From contig OZ241828.1 of the NCBI GenBank assembly GCA_965202585.1, positions 58,156,001 to 58,220,000 of the forward strand: a stretch of 64,000 nt of DNA. Direction: 5' to 3'. This DNA is from Thalia democratica. Lineage: Eukaryota. The position numbers were made by a program, and so were the translations under genes. Below are positions 11,568 through 24,195 of this stretch, piece by piece. How positions within the stretch are numbered: position 1 is the first letter of the stretch; every line of letters starts with the position of its first letter. A model generated the notes under the pieces. It saw only the letters and a program-made list of their open reading frames with translations. It did no database searches and was not told the origin of the DNA.

Positions 11568-14226
11568 TGTAATGATATTAGCATCTCATTTTAGTATTTT
11601 AAAGCTTGTGAATAAATATGGAATTTTTTGTAACAATAAAAGCTTTTCTAAACATTTTTCATTATTTTCAAAACAAGCTTTTCAAAAACAATTTTTATAA
11701 CTCTTAAAACAATTTTCTAAAACAATAAACAATATTGTTTACTTAAAGGAGTTACATTTGTTTTAGTGCTTATAAAACGGAATTTGACTTGCAATTACTT
11801 GCAGTAGCAGTAGCAGTTTCGGCAGAGCATTCGGCAAGTGTGCTTTAAGTTAAAATGCATTTTAAACACGTTAGATTTAAGAACTAATACTTTCTTGTGT
11901 GTTTAACTTTAGTTCTCGTATAGAGTGATGTAATTGTATCTTTGTGTTTTTTAGTTTATGTAAATAAAATATAAGTGTTGTTTTGATTGTTGTATTTATA
12001 TACTTTAATAATCCCTACCCCCCTTAACATCTTTGTAACGAGACATTGGAAACCATGTGTGGCCTGTATTTTAGGAATCTTCTGATATTTAGGAATTAGG
12101 TGCCTTATCAATTAAAAAACGCAGCGAAAAAAAACTTTAGTTTATTACTAAACAACTTTTTAACGAGTTTCAAATTTTGACAGTAAAATTTGCGATAATA
12201 CTTTACTTTGCGACATTTCACTATGATAATAGTAAGAAAAATTGTGTGAATAACTTTCTACTTTGAAACAGCAAGTCTACAATTATAATACAAGTGTGTG
12301 GTAGTGGTTTATTTAGTTTTTAAAAGAGAAGCTTGATGTCAAGGATTTTTTGCTGGAAGTACTATATAATTTTTGCGGTTATTTCTATATATAGTTTTAT
12401 ATATGCTTTTTTAGTGCTTAGGTGCTTATTTTATTTGCTAATGAGCATAATATTTCTTCTTCTTAGTGCACAATATATGTTGCAACTAACATAAGTCGCA
12501 TGGGTGCGCAGTATTTCGATCCTAAAAAGCTTAATCTTTTTAGCTGAGGGTATAATATAAGTTGCAACTAACATAAGTCGCATGGGGGCGCAGTATTTCG
12601 ATTATAAAAAGCACAGTCTTTTTACTCTAGTGCACAATGTTCTTTTGAAGATGTTACAATTTACATAAGTCGTCAGGGGACGCAGTATTTTAGTGCAAAA
12701 TTGCATTTTATAAGTTGCCAAGAGAGCGCAGTTATTATATTTTACTAAGTAAAGAAATGTAAAGTAAGAACCGCAATAAAATTTAGAATTACAACAGCAG
12801 AATAGCTGCTCTTAATAACGTCTGAGTTTTAGCTGATGAAACATATTTTTCTATTTGTTTACTACTACTACTTTATTGTTTTGATCTGCTGATTGATTGT
12901 TCTAAAGTATAGATTGTATTTGTTTTAAACCAGAATGTTGCTGAAGTTTAAAAATATATTTGAATGAGTTTTCATCTTTCTTAGTCGTAAAAAGATAAGT
13001 TTCTTGCCTTATTTTATTACTCGTTTCAAGTTCAAGTATAAAATTGTGTTAAAATTTTCCTTTTGAAAGAAATCAAAAGTAAACTCCCCTTAAATTTAGC
13101 AGTCGTCGCTTGTAAATAAATTGTTGCGTTTATATCTTTTTAACGTTGTTTGAAGCAAATTGTTGTTTGATAACCACAACTTTTAAGCACACCTAACACC
13201 TTGCTACTGCATGAAACTTTAAAAGTTTTTTTTGTTTATAAGTACGACAATAAACAAAAGATTGAATGAAGATTTTGTGTTTGTTCTATTACGTCACAAT
13301 CAAGTTCCTGCTGTCATTGTTTCCGAAGCCAATCGATGTGGTGTTTTGCTGATCAACAAACCAGCTAGAAGACAGAAAGTCAAATGTTTCCTAAAAGAAA
13401 CAAGACGTTGTCAATGATCCAATTGATGGTTCAGAAGCCTCTATTAACAACCTGAGGATAACAACCTGAGGACAAGAACTTCGAGGACAACAAGCCAGAA
13501 GCCAACTAAATGACTATCATTGTTACCTTGTTGTGTTTTATCTAAGTTTTTGTAAATTATGTAATTTTTAAGATAATAAGAAATACAATTTCTTTTTCTT
13601 ACTTTTTTTAAACCGGACTTTTGATAATGTCTAAAAAGTTTAAAGTTAAGTAGGATTTTAAGGATTTTAATTATTTAAAACCAGGCTTTAAACGTTAAAA
13701 TTGAAAATTTAAAAAGAAACAATGTAATGATATTAGCATCTCATTTTAGTATTTTAAAGCTTGTGAATAAATATGGAATTTTTTGTAACAATAAAAGCTT
13801 TTCTAAACATTTTTCATTATTTTCAAAACAAGCTTTTCAAAAACAATTTTTATAACTCTTAAAACAATTTTCTAAAACAATAAACAATATTGTTTACTTA
13901 AAGGAGTTATTTACATTTAATGTTTGTTAGTACATTTGTTTTAGTGCTTATAAAACGGAATTTGACTTGCAATTACTTGCAGTAGCAGTAGCAGTTTCGG
14001 CAGAGCATTCGGCAAGTGTGCTTTAAGTTAAAATGCATTTTAAACACGTTAGATTTAAGAACTAATACTTTCTTGTGTGTTTAACTTTAGTTCTCGTATA
14101 GAGTGATGTAAATGTATCTTTGTGTTTTTTAGTTTATGTAAATAAAATATAAGTGTTGTTTTGATTGTTGTACTAATCTACTTTACTAATCTATATTACC
14201 CCCTTAATAAAATCTGTAACGAGACA
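11568..14226 (+). mobile_element. Non-autonomous LTR retroelement (TRIM/LARD-like), 2.66 kb
   Basis: Direct repeats at 11568-12045 and 13723-14226, each TGTAATG...GAGACA (TG...CA), with AAAT on both flanks (11564-11567, 14227-14230). A TGG follows 1 nt after LTR1, and a purine-rich tract precedes LTR2. There is no gag/pol ORF inside. Confidence 0.8.
12478..12690. repeat. Three ~85-bp-period repeats inside the LTR element
   Basis: acataagtcgcatggg(t/g)gcgcagtatttcgat occurs twice, plus a diverged third copy acataagtcgtcaggggacgcagtattt. Confidence 0.75.
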
Positions 14227-14898
14227 AAATAATCAAAAATTGCAATAACCAATAATTGTAAGTGTAATGAAATAATCGTTGAATTTTATACAATGCTGTA
14301 GTCGAACTAGTCAAAACAAGTTAAATAATGAAAACTTAACAAATTTTTATCATTTACTTCAATAAGAAATTGAAAAATATGTTTATTATATATAAACTGT
14401 ATATAAAATATATTAAAAAAGCTAATTAAAGTAAGTCAATATCGCAAAAAAATGTTTACCTTTAAAATAGCTAATATGAAAATAACTGTCATATATAATT
14501 CAAATATTATTTATTTTAAACTGTTTTACTTTATATTTGACTTTTTAACTGATGTCTATTTTAAGTAAGGATATAATAAAATGTATACAAAAAGCTACTA
14601 CGTTAGTTTACTTGAAGTTATAACTTAAAAGTGTGAAACATAATTATAAAATTTTTGTATGAATATAATAAGAGCTGTTTACAAATACAATAGTTGAACT
14701 TCATAGCTTAAAATAAAAGCAATAGTCGTTTGGTTTGATAAAGTTTTCTTGTAGACATTGTGAACTAGAACAAATGTAAATAAATAAAATAATAACTAAA
14801 CGTATGAAACAGCATGCTACTAAATAAGTTGCTTAAAACAATATTTTCAATAAAAATTAAGAAGTTTCTGTATAAATTTATAATATGTTGCTACATAT

Positions 14899-15762
14899 TT
14901 ACATTTTTTTCTTGTTATGAACTTTTTCATGCTTATTTAAATAATATTTTGTGTGAGATTTATGATCACAATGACTGCAAACAAATTTTGGTTCATAATG
15001 AAAAACCATATGATTTCTCAAACCATCTTTCGTTTTAAAAAATCTACCTTCGGGGTATATAGAGCATTTATAAGGTCTAACTTCACTGTGAACTGCTTGA
15101 TGTTTGACTAAATCGCTATTTTCAGCAAATTTTCTATTACAAATTTTACAAGCAAAGGGTTTTTCTCCTGCATAAATTCCGTGATGTCTATTATGATGTG
15201 ACTTGCTTACAAATACTTTCAAGCAAACATCACATTTAAATGCTTTTGATCGTCATGAATATTCATGTGTTAGTTGAGATTTCCATAGCTTGAATAACTT
15301 CTATGACAAACTTGACAATCAAACTTTTTTCTGTTAGTAATATATTTTTTTATTTATAGATAATATTATATATTATCTATTATTATACTATATCTATATA
15401 TTATAATATATAGATATAGTATTATAAAATATACTTTTAAACTAGCTAAAATTCCTACAAAACTTAAAAATGCAAATTATTAACTTTAAAATATTTATTT
15501 ACTAATTACAAATACTATATGCACAGCACATGCCAAATCTAACTAAAAAAATTTAGGGAATACAGATATATTTTTAAACATTACTAATATACAAGAAATA
15601 GATATACAAGTTGAGTTTGCAAAAAAATATGCACACTCTACAACATCAAAACAAGTGCAACATTTAAAAACATTTATAAATATAAGATTATAAAAGTAAT
15701 AGAAAACCAATTAGATTTAATTTACCTTCATGTATAAGGAAGTCTTTAGAAGTAGATTCCAT
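14899..15762 (-). pseudogene. Zipper-C2H2 pseudogene, unit D (exons 2-4 absent)
   Basis: Exon 1 at 15726-15762 (MESTSKDFLIHE) lies only ~400 bp from the ZF exon (14899-15330). Finger 1 has AAC TAA CAC and a 1-nt deletion (GAC GAT CAA). ORF 14899..15222 is the downstream in-frame remnant. Confidence 0.85.
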
Positions 15763-16569
15763 TATATACTTAGTCAGTATGAAATAATATCTAAACAATT
15801 ATTTTAAACATTAACAAGTTAACAAGAGTGACATTTTAGAAGTTGTTTTTAAAAAACTTAACCTGAGATATATTTGAACAGACTTTTTCAGTTAATAAAT
15901 AATCTTAAAAATATACAACATTAGTTACTGAAATATTAAAATGACTGAAAACCAATTATTTAAATAATTGCATCTAATTAATAACTAAAAATGAACAAAA
16001 CATGTTATTTATATAAACGAATGTGCTGAAACATTTCCATTTTATTGCATTTTGTACAACTGAAAAACTTCATAAGTCTTCAAATAAAATAAAAATAGCC
16101 TTTAGTTTTTATAAGCTAAATAAAAAAATAGTTTAAAAAAAAATTAATTTATACAATAAATTTTTAATAATTTTGTCAATGTTGAAAACAGCGAATATAC
16201 AAAGCTACTTCTATCATAAAATAAACACAAACCTTTAAGTTATGACGAAATTTATTTTAATTTACATTTACAATAAAATAGTTATAAACAAAAGATAGTT
16301 TTAAGTAACAAAAAAAAACAAAGTGTTAGTCGAGTTATAAAAATGTGTAAATAAAAGTTTTTAAACTGCAAAAAGTTAAATATCAAAATTTATGTATAAA
16401 TCGTCTATTTTGTCTGTTGTTCACTTTGAATACCAAATTAAATTGACAAAAATGTAAACCAGCCCAAGCATAATAGACAAAATGTTGCTTAAAACAAAGT
16501 TTTGAACAAAAACCAAAAAGTTTTGTTATAAATTTTTGTTCATTACCTTCAACTGCAAGGGTTTTATAG

Positions 16570-18265
16570 AAAATTTAACATTTTACTTGTTATGAGCCTG
16601 TTAAAATTACATTTTGTGTGAGTTTTATAATCACAATGACTACAAGCAAATTTTGGTTCGTAGTGATTTATCATGTGATTGTTTAAACAATTAATTTTTG
16701 TATTTAAGTTATCTCCTTGTAACAGGATATCAAGTTGCACTTGATTACTGTTTAGATTTGGTTGGAAGTTTTGAGCTAAAAGTTCATCCAAGCGTTAAGA
16801 GAAAGCTCGCAAGGTCAAGTTTTATACTGATGCAAGTTTAATACAGTTGACAAAAGAAGAAAATAAAGTGCAGACCAGAAACCCTGATGCAACATTGAGT
16901 TATGGAATGTTATATATAAGCTGATACAACAGACAGATGGGGAGATTCTAGCCACAGCCTGCTGAAGTAAACATGATAATGAAGAATAGACATTTATATT
17001 GTTTTGTTGTGTTTTATAAAGTATTTTTTGATTAGTATTATTTTTATAAGTATTTCTTATTTACATTCTGAGTAGTTAAATTGTATTTTTTTTTATACAT
17101 TCTTAAAGTATATTCTTGCTAGATTAAATCTTATGTAAAGGTTTTGACCACATTTAAAGTATTTTCTAAATTTGATGTTCTTTATGTATTTGTTAGTGTT
17201 TGCAATAGTTCTTTATATAAAATATGTTAACTCATGTCATGCCTAGTTTTATATAGAGTAGCCTAAGTATTATTAATATCATTATTTAGTATAAGTTAAG
17301 GCCATAGGGGGGGGTAGACCATGTTTTTTACAAGTTGATCTTATTTTATAGAGTTTTTACTAAGCTTCAAGATGCTTTTTACCGTTTTTAAAAATTCGAA
17401 TTAGTTTTTGAGATATGACCGGCCAAAGTCGGGCCGCATAACAGGTTCCTTATGGGAAAGGAAAACTAAAACGGCGAAAAAAGACTAATGCATTCAAAAT
17501 CTATCTCCTCCTTCATTTTTTAAGCAATCTTCTTCAAACTTTCACAGTCTATTCTTTATACAATAACAAAAAAACGTTATTTGTGACTTTAAAAAATTTC
17601 AAGTAAAAATACCTTTTTTTTGTAAAAAAAAATTTTTTTTGATGAAAATTCACTTTTTTTTTTTAATTTTTGTCATAAAATTACAAAAAAAAGGTATTTT
17701 TACTTGAAATTTTTTAAAGTAACAAATAACGTTTTTTTGTTATTGTATAAAGAATAGACTGTGAAAGTTTGAAGAAGATTGCTTAAAAAATGAAGGAGGA
17801 GATAGATTTTGAATGCATTAGTCTTTTTTCGCCGTTTTAGTTTTCCTTCCCCATAAGGAACCTGTTATGCGGCCCGACTTTGGCCGGTCATATCTCAAAA
17901 ACTAATTTGAATTTTTAAAAACGGTAAAAAGCATCTTGAAGCTTAGTAAAAACTCTATAAAATAAGATCAACTTGTAAAAAACATGGTCTACCCCCCCCC
18001 CCTATGGCCTTAAGTTTAGTATTAAAGGTACCTACATCTGTAGGTTTCATCCTAAAAGACAAATAGAACATTTAAATTTTTTAACTTCACTGTGAATTGC
18101 TGAATGTTGAAATAAATTATCTATTCGAGCAAGCTTTTTATCAAAAATTTGGCAAGCCAATGGTTTTACCCATTATGTGTTCTATTTATTTATTTTGAAG
18201 TGACTTCCTTGAAACTTTTTTCAAGCTAACATAACATATAATTGCTTTTGACTCTTCATGAATAC
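16570..18265 (-). pseudogene. Zinc-finger exon remnant, unit E, split by a ~1.3-kb insertion
   Basis: Decayed fingers 2-4 at ~18045-18265 (...QHSAIHSEVKKFKCSIC) resume at ~16570-16710 (NHMINHYEPKFACSHCDYKTHTKCNF). No exon 1 was found. Confidence 0.8.
17300..18009. mobile_element. 710-bp near-perfect palindromic MITE with TTAA target duplication (Kolobok-like)
   Basis: ttaa|GGCCATAGGGGGGGGTAGACCATG...CATGGTCTACCCCCCCCCCTATGGCC|ttaa. The arms are ~330 bp with very few mismatches. TTAA TSD plus purine (GG) termini fits Kolobok better than piggyBac (CC termini). Confidence 0.85.
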
Positions 18266-18747
18266 ATAATAACAGTTTTAAAAGCTCATCAAAATACACC
18301 ATAAATTTAAGTTGTTCACTTAGCAAAACTATGCAAATTAAATGCAGTCCTAATTTCAAGTCCTCAAATCTTTTGTAAAATTTATTTAACTTTTTTAATA
18401 TTTTAGTTTAGAATACTTATAACTAAAATTAAAACTAATTAAATAACAACAGTGAAATGAAATATTTAAACCACGAAATAACTTTTTAGTAAGCAAATAT
18501 TTATTAATTTGCTTCAGAATCTCAAAAGTCAGTTATTATAGCACATAGAAGAAATTTACAAAATGGCTTAAAATTATTAATTCTGATCTATGTATACTAG
18601 AAGAGCTTTCAAAATCTAAAAAAATTCCAATAAATTAACTTATACAAAAAGTAAAAACTATTATTTCATTCATTTGTAAATATAACAAATTTTTCAGTAT
18701 AAACTTCAGTTAAGTTGCTTTAAACTACAAGTAATGATTTCGGAAGT

Positions 18748-20694
18748 TCAAGCTCTTTTCTTGTCATGAGATTTTTCATGCCTAATCAGATTACATTTTG
18801 TGTGAGTTTTATAATCATAATGGCTGCAAGCAAATTTAGGTCCATAATGAAATAAAATGTGTTGGTTTAACCCAAGTTTAGTTTTGAAAAATCTACCTTC
18901 TGGGCAAATAGAACATTTGAAAGACCTAACATCACTGTGAGTTGCTTGATGTCGAACTAAACTAATTTTTTGTGCAAACTTTCTTTTACAAACTTTACAA
19001 GCAAAAGGTTTCTCTCCTGTATGTATTCTATAATGAACTTCAAGTTGTGACTTTCTGCTAAATACTTCCAAGCAAACATCACATTTAAATGCTTCTGATT
19101 TGTGATGAGCTTTAATGTTTTGGTTAGGATTTCCTTTGCTTGGAAATATTTTGTTAATATTCGATAATTGAACAACTTTCCTGTAAACATTATTTCATTA
19201 TTCCTGTTAAGTATATAGTATTTCTAATAAAAACATTGCTCAGTTAAAAAATTAAATTTTATATGATGCGTAAAGTTTCTTTTAAACAGTCGCAAGGCAC
19301 TTAGGACAATGCTTAAATTTAAGTACACAAATATACTTATAAATTAAAAAAAATATTAGTTTGTGATAAATACTTATGTGTACTTATGTAATATTTTTTA
19401 AAATGATAAAAACATATTAATTGTTTGAGATAAGCTATCTACTAAATAATAAAAAATTTCTAAATTTTCTTCTTGAGCTTGAAACTTGGTGTTAACAAAG
19501 TCTTATTTTCGATTTAAAAAAAATTATATCTATTAATCCTTACTTAAAGTATATATCTTTACTTTTCTCATTTGAATTACTGTTTTCAGCTGAAATTGTT
19601 TCATCCAAAACATTTTGTTCAACTTTTATGTCTTTCATACAACTGTCATTTTGATTGTTGTTGTTACTGATAATGTTATTCAGATCTGAAACAGTTTTTT
19701 TTATTGTAAATAACACGAAAACTAATTAGTCATTGGACTTTTGTCAAATTCTGCTTTAAAGCTAGACTGATGTTAATTAAAACTATTTATTTAAGATAGA
19801 AAAAATAAAGACTCTGTTATTTAAATTAAAAAGTTTAAACACCGTTGAATTTATCACAGAACTGTTAATTGTTATAATATACAAATATTAAACCCTACGT
19901 ATAGTATAGAAAATTAACTTTAATCTACATAAACGTATATATTAGGAAAGCTTTTATTATATTTAAATTAAAGTTATATTTTTTACTAGATAACGAAAAA
20001 CAAACAATTTATTTAAGCTAATTATAAGTAAACTGTTAACAATATTTTCTAACATAGAAGTGAACAAATCTACCTACTACTTTTAAAATACACAGATTTT
20101 TTACTAATTTTTACAATTTCATCATCAGTAGATGGAGTTTTAACTTGATCAGATTTATATTTGTTCTTGTCTTTTCTATTACTTTTGCTGTTTGAAATAT
20201 TCGTTAAAATAAAAGTAAAGTAAAGTTAAGATAGTAATAAAATATCGATTTTTTTAATGTAAAAGACTTACTTAAAACGATTTTTCGTCAAAATTTCCTT
20301 TAAACAATTCACTTCATTAGAGAGCTTCTTGTTTGAAATGGTCAATTGCTTGTTTTCAATTGTTAACCTTTTTACTTGATTTTGAAAGCTAATATTTTTA
20401 GCTTGTAATTTATCAATAATTTCTTTTAAATTTACCAGAAGCAAATTTGCTTGGTTTGATACATCTTCTAGGAATAAACAAACATGTAGTTATTACGAAG
20501 AAAAGGTTAACATTTTTAGAATTGAATAACAAATTAGCTATGTATAAATTTTCTAATGTTGTACATACTATATAACATAATAACTGATAAAAATTTTTTA
20601 AGTAAATATATTTATATTTTACAAAAGTGATTCTCAATTAAAGTAGAATGTACTTACCTTCATCTTCATGTAATTCTATAAATGTAGATTCCAT
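18748..20694 (-). pseudogene. Zipper-C2H2 unit F: exons 1-4 open, frameshift at the start of the ZF exon
   Basis: Exon 1 20658-20694 (MESTFIELHEDE), exon 2 20272-20467, exon 3 from 20187 and exon 4 (~19563-19683) are all stop-free. After the acceptor at 19181-19182 the spliced frame is that of ORF 18957..19190 (no fingers), while fingers 2-5 lie in the frame of ORF 18748..19071. Confidence 0.7.
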
Positions 20695-21524
20695 TATGGA
20701 CTTAATTACTATAAATAATTAGCTAAACGAAGAGATTGAAATTTTCAATTATAACATGAGTCACTTTATAGAAGTTGATATGCAGCATTTACTAGTTATA
20801 CCAGTGAAAACCTTAAAAAAAATATAACAATAACTTATTAAAACATTTATAAGTTATTTAACGAATAAAACTTTAATACTTACGTGCTAATAACTGATTC
20901 TTAGTAAAAATATTCTTGTAATAAAATAAAATTAGAAGCTTTAAATCACAAAATATAAGCTTTTGTTTTGTTGTAGATAAAAACTTCCAGCATTTAATTT
21001 TTAATAAAAAAAAACTTAGTTATTTATATATTTATTTTAACGTACTTGGTGCATTTTAAAAATATTTAATTGTTTAAATTTTGTAAAGATTGTCTGAAAA
21101 TTTATTTATAAACATATTTTCAAATGAATATGGCTACTGAAGAATTAGAGTGGAATAACAAAGTTGTTTTTACAAAAATACATAACTCTCTAAAATGGGA
21201 CATAATTTAGTTTAATTTCTATATTCACAATAAACTAATCTACAGAAAAATCTGTTTGAATATAACACAAATATTTAAAAAATGTTTGGATGTAGCTATA
21301 AAAATGTTTAAATAGTCAAACTTTTATTAACAGTTAAAAATATAAGATGTTCAAATTTTACACCCAGTAATCGATAATATGTTGTTGACATTGTTAATTA
21401 AAACAATTTAAACAAAATGCAAACAGTTCAAACATAATAGAGAGCATATGGCTAGAAATTTTTTCTCAAAATTTCATTGCAACTAATGACCAAGCATATT
21501 TAGAAAAAATTTGTGTTCAGTTTA

Positions 21525-23164
21525 TTACAAGTAACAAAGTTTTAATGAAATGTTATTTACTTGTTTTTCATGAGTTTTTAAATGTCTATCTAAATGAAAT
21601 TTTCTGTGGGTTTTATATTCACAATGACTGCAACCAAATTTTGGTTCATAATGATATACCATGTGGTTTCTTAATTGATGTTTTGTTTTAAAAATCTTCA
21701 TTGTGGACAAATAGAACATTTAAAAGATCTAACATCACTGTGAGTTGCTTGATGTTGAACTAATGTAATTTTCTGAGCAAAGTTTTTATCACAAATTTGA
21801 CAAGCAAATGGTTTTTTTCCTGTATGAGTTCTATAATGTGTTACATAATTGAACTTTTTTGAAAAGACTTTCAAGCAAACATCACATTTAAATGCTTTAG
21901 ATTCGTCATGAATTTTCATGTGTTGATTGAGAATTTTATTGCGTGAATACCTTTTGTCACAAATTCGACGAATGTACAACTTTTCTGTAAATATCTTTTT
22001 AATAGACCTTTTTATTATATAGTATTTAAAACAAGTTACATAAGTAATTTGAATAAATAACTTTTTAAGACAGTCAGAATCATTTTTAAATTTGATAGTA
22101 CAAGTAAAATATATTTAAAAAATAAGCAGAATACTTTAAATAGTGATTGGAACTAACTTCATAAAAATATTCATAGCATAAATGATTTTGAAATTTGTTG
22201 GTGATAGTTATGTGTACATGTATATTTTAAATAAAATTTATAAAAATAATAAAATAAAAGAAAAATCCACTACCAGTTTGAGATGAGATACCAACTTTAT
22301 TATTAATTTTCTGTAGTTTTCCATTATTAGTATGAAACTTGGAAAGATCTGTTTTTTTTTGTTTAATTTGACAATAAAACATTTTTTCCTTAATCATAGT
22401 ACATACTAATGTTTTGCCCTATTAAGTTTCTATTTTCAGTTGAATTAATTTCATCTAAATCATTGTGTTTAATTTTTGTGTATTTCATACAATTATTATG
22501 TTGTTTGTTTTTGTCACTGACAATACTATTTATATCTGTGATGATTTATTTTAATTTTAGTTGTAAATAACATTAACATGATTTGATTTATTTTGATTCT
22601 TGTCTTTTCTATTAGTTTTTCTGTGTTAAAACTTATAATAAAATTTTTTAGAGTCACAAAATCAAAATTATATTATATAAATTAAAGTAGAGCTATGGTA
22701 TTAACATAACATTTTTGTACATTGTTTAACAAACTTACTTAAAATGGTTTCTTTTCAAATCTTCTTTCAAACAATTTACTTGACCACAGAGTTTTTTGTT
22801 TGAAACAATCAGTTGCTGATTTTCAAATCTATTTGAGTTTTAAAAAGAATGTTTTTACATTGTAAATCTTCAATTATTTCTTTTAGGTTAAGCAAAAGCA
22901 AATTTGCTTGATTTAATACGTCTACAAATGAACAGCGTTGTAAACTAAGAGTTATATTACAATTAAATGAACAATATTTCAATATTAAACAACAAATGTA
23001 ATTTTGAGTCTCAAAAATATTAAAATATTTTTTAACTAGAAAACATTTAGTAAATTTCTAAAACTGTATTTTACATTTTTTTAACTAATAAACAAAGTAA
23101 AAAGCATTTAAAATAATACTGACTTACTGTTATTTCTAGTGAATGCTTTAGGTATAGATTCCAT
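21525..23164 (-). pseudogene. Zipper-C2H2 pseudogene, unit G
   Basis: Exon 1 at 23128-23164 (MESIPKAFTRNN). Exon 2 is frameshifted to TGA. Finger 1 has lost its first Cys (IRRICDK). Finger 4 has a TGA and a frameshift (ORFs 21698..21979 and 21525..21719). Confidence 0.85.
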
Positions 23165-24195
23165 TATACAGTTTATTAGTATAAACAAATTATCTAGAAA
23201 AATACTTGAATATTAACAATTTAACATGAGTAACATAATTGAAATTAAATTTTAATTTTAAAAAAACTAAGAAATTTTGACTAATACTTATATGTATTAC
23301 ATTTAAATGTAAACGAAACATCTTGACTCAAACATAAATCTATTTCATTAATAACTATTACTAATATATTGAATTGCTAAAAATTAAATAACTGTTTTAT
23401 ATTTTTTTAATAGTTAAAATGGAGAATTTAGATTAGTAAACTGGTAGACTAAAAACTTGAAAAGAAATTATTTATGGTAAACTGAAAAAAAAACCATTTA
23501 GCAAGAAATGAAATTTAAAATAATTAAATCTTTAAATTAAAATCTAAATTTAACTATAACACCTTTGTATCTACAATTTGTAACGAAAATGGAGCTATAA
23601 AGTGATAAATTTTAATTTTTTTAACTGTAGTTATTAGTAACTCATTAACATTTGTAAAATAAAATATTTAAACCAAATATAATATTATGAGGTTACACAA
23701 ATGTTATTTATTTAATTTAAAATCTTTGAAGTTTCCGTTGGTTTAGCAACCTTGAAGAATAAGAGATACATAATTTTAATAATGATTTTATTACTTTTAC
23801 TTAACGTTTTTTTAAATGTATTTAACTTCTACTCTTAACTGTAGGAGAAATAAAAAGTTTGCTTTAGTTAAGTTTACAATTAAAAAAACAATAGTGTGAA
23901 TTTTGAGTGTATTAAGCTAAAAGCAACGTAATTTGTTTCACAAATTAACTAAATAACAACAAGTTTTTGTTTTAGAAATTTATTTACTGCAAGATTCTTG
24001 TAAATAGATTATTCTCAACGAACGTTGTAACTTAGATTGGTTTATGAGAAGTATTTAAATCAAAGTTTTATGAATTTATACTAAAAAATCATGTTTATAA
24101 ATTAAAAAATTAAATAATTAAAACTAGTAAGTTTCGTACAACAATTTTATTAAAACTTTAACTTAACAAGTAGTAAGAGCGTTTAAAATAAATAT

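Noticed and set aside
47-15038. Plus-strand ORFs 47..241, 1299..1508 and 14814..15038 (likewise 50539..50808, 28879..29097, 29716..29964, 38454..38684)
   Set aside because: These are antisense shadows of real or decayed coding exons.
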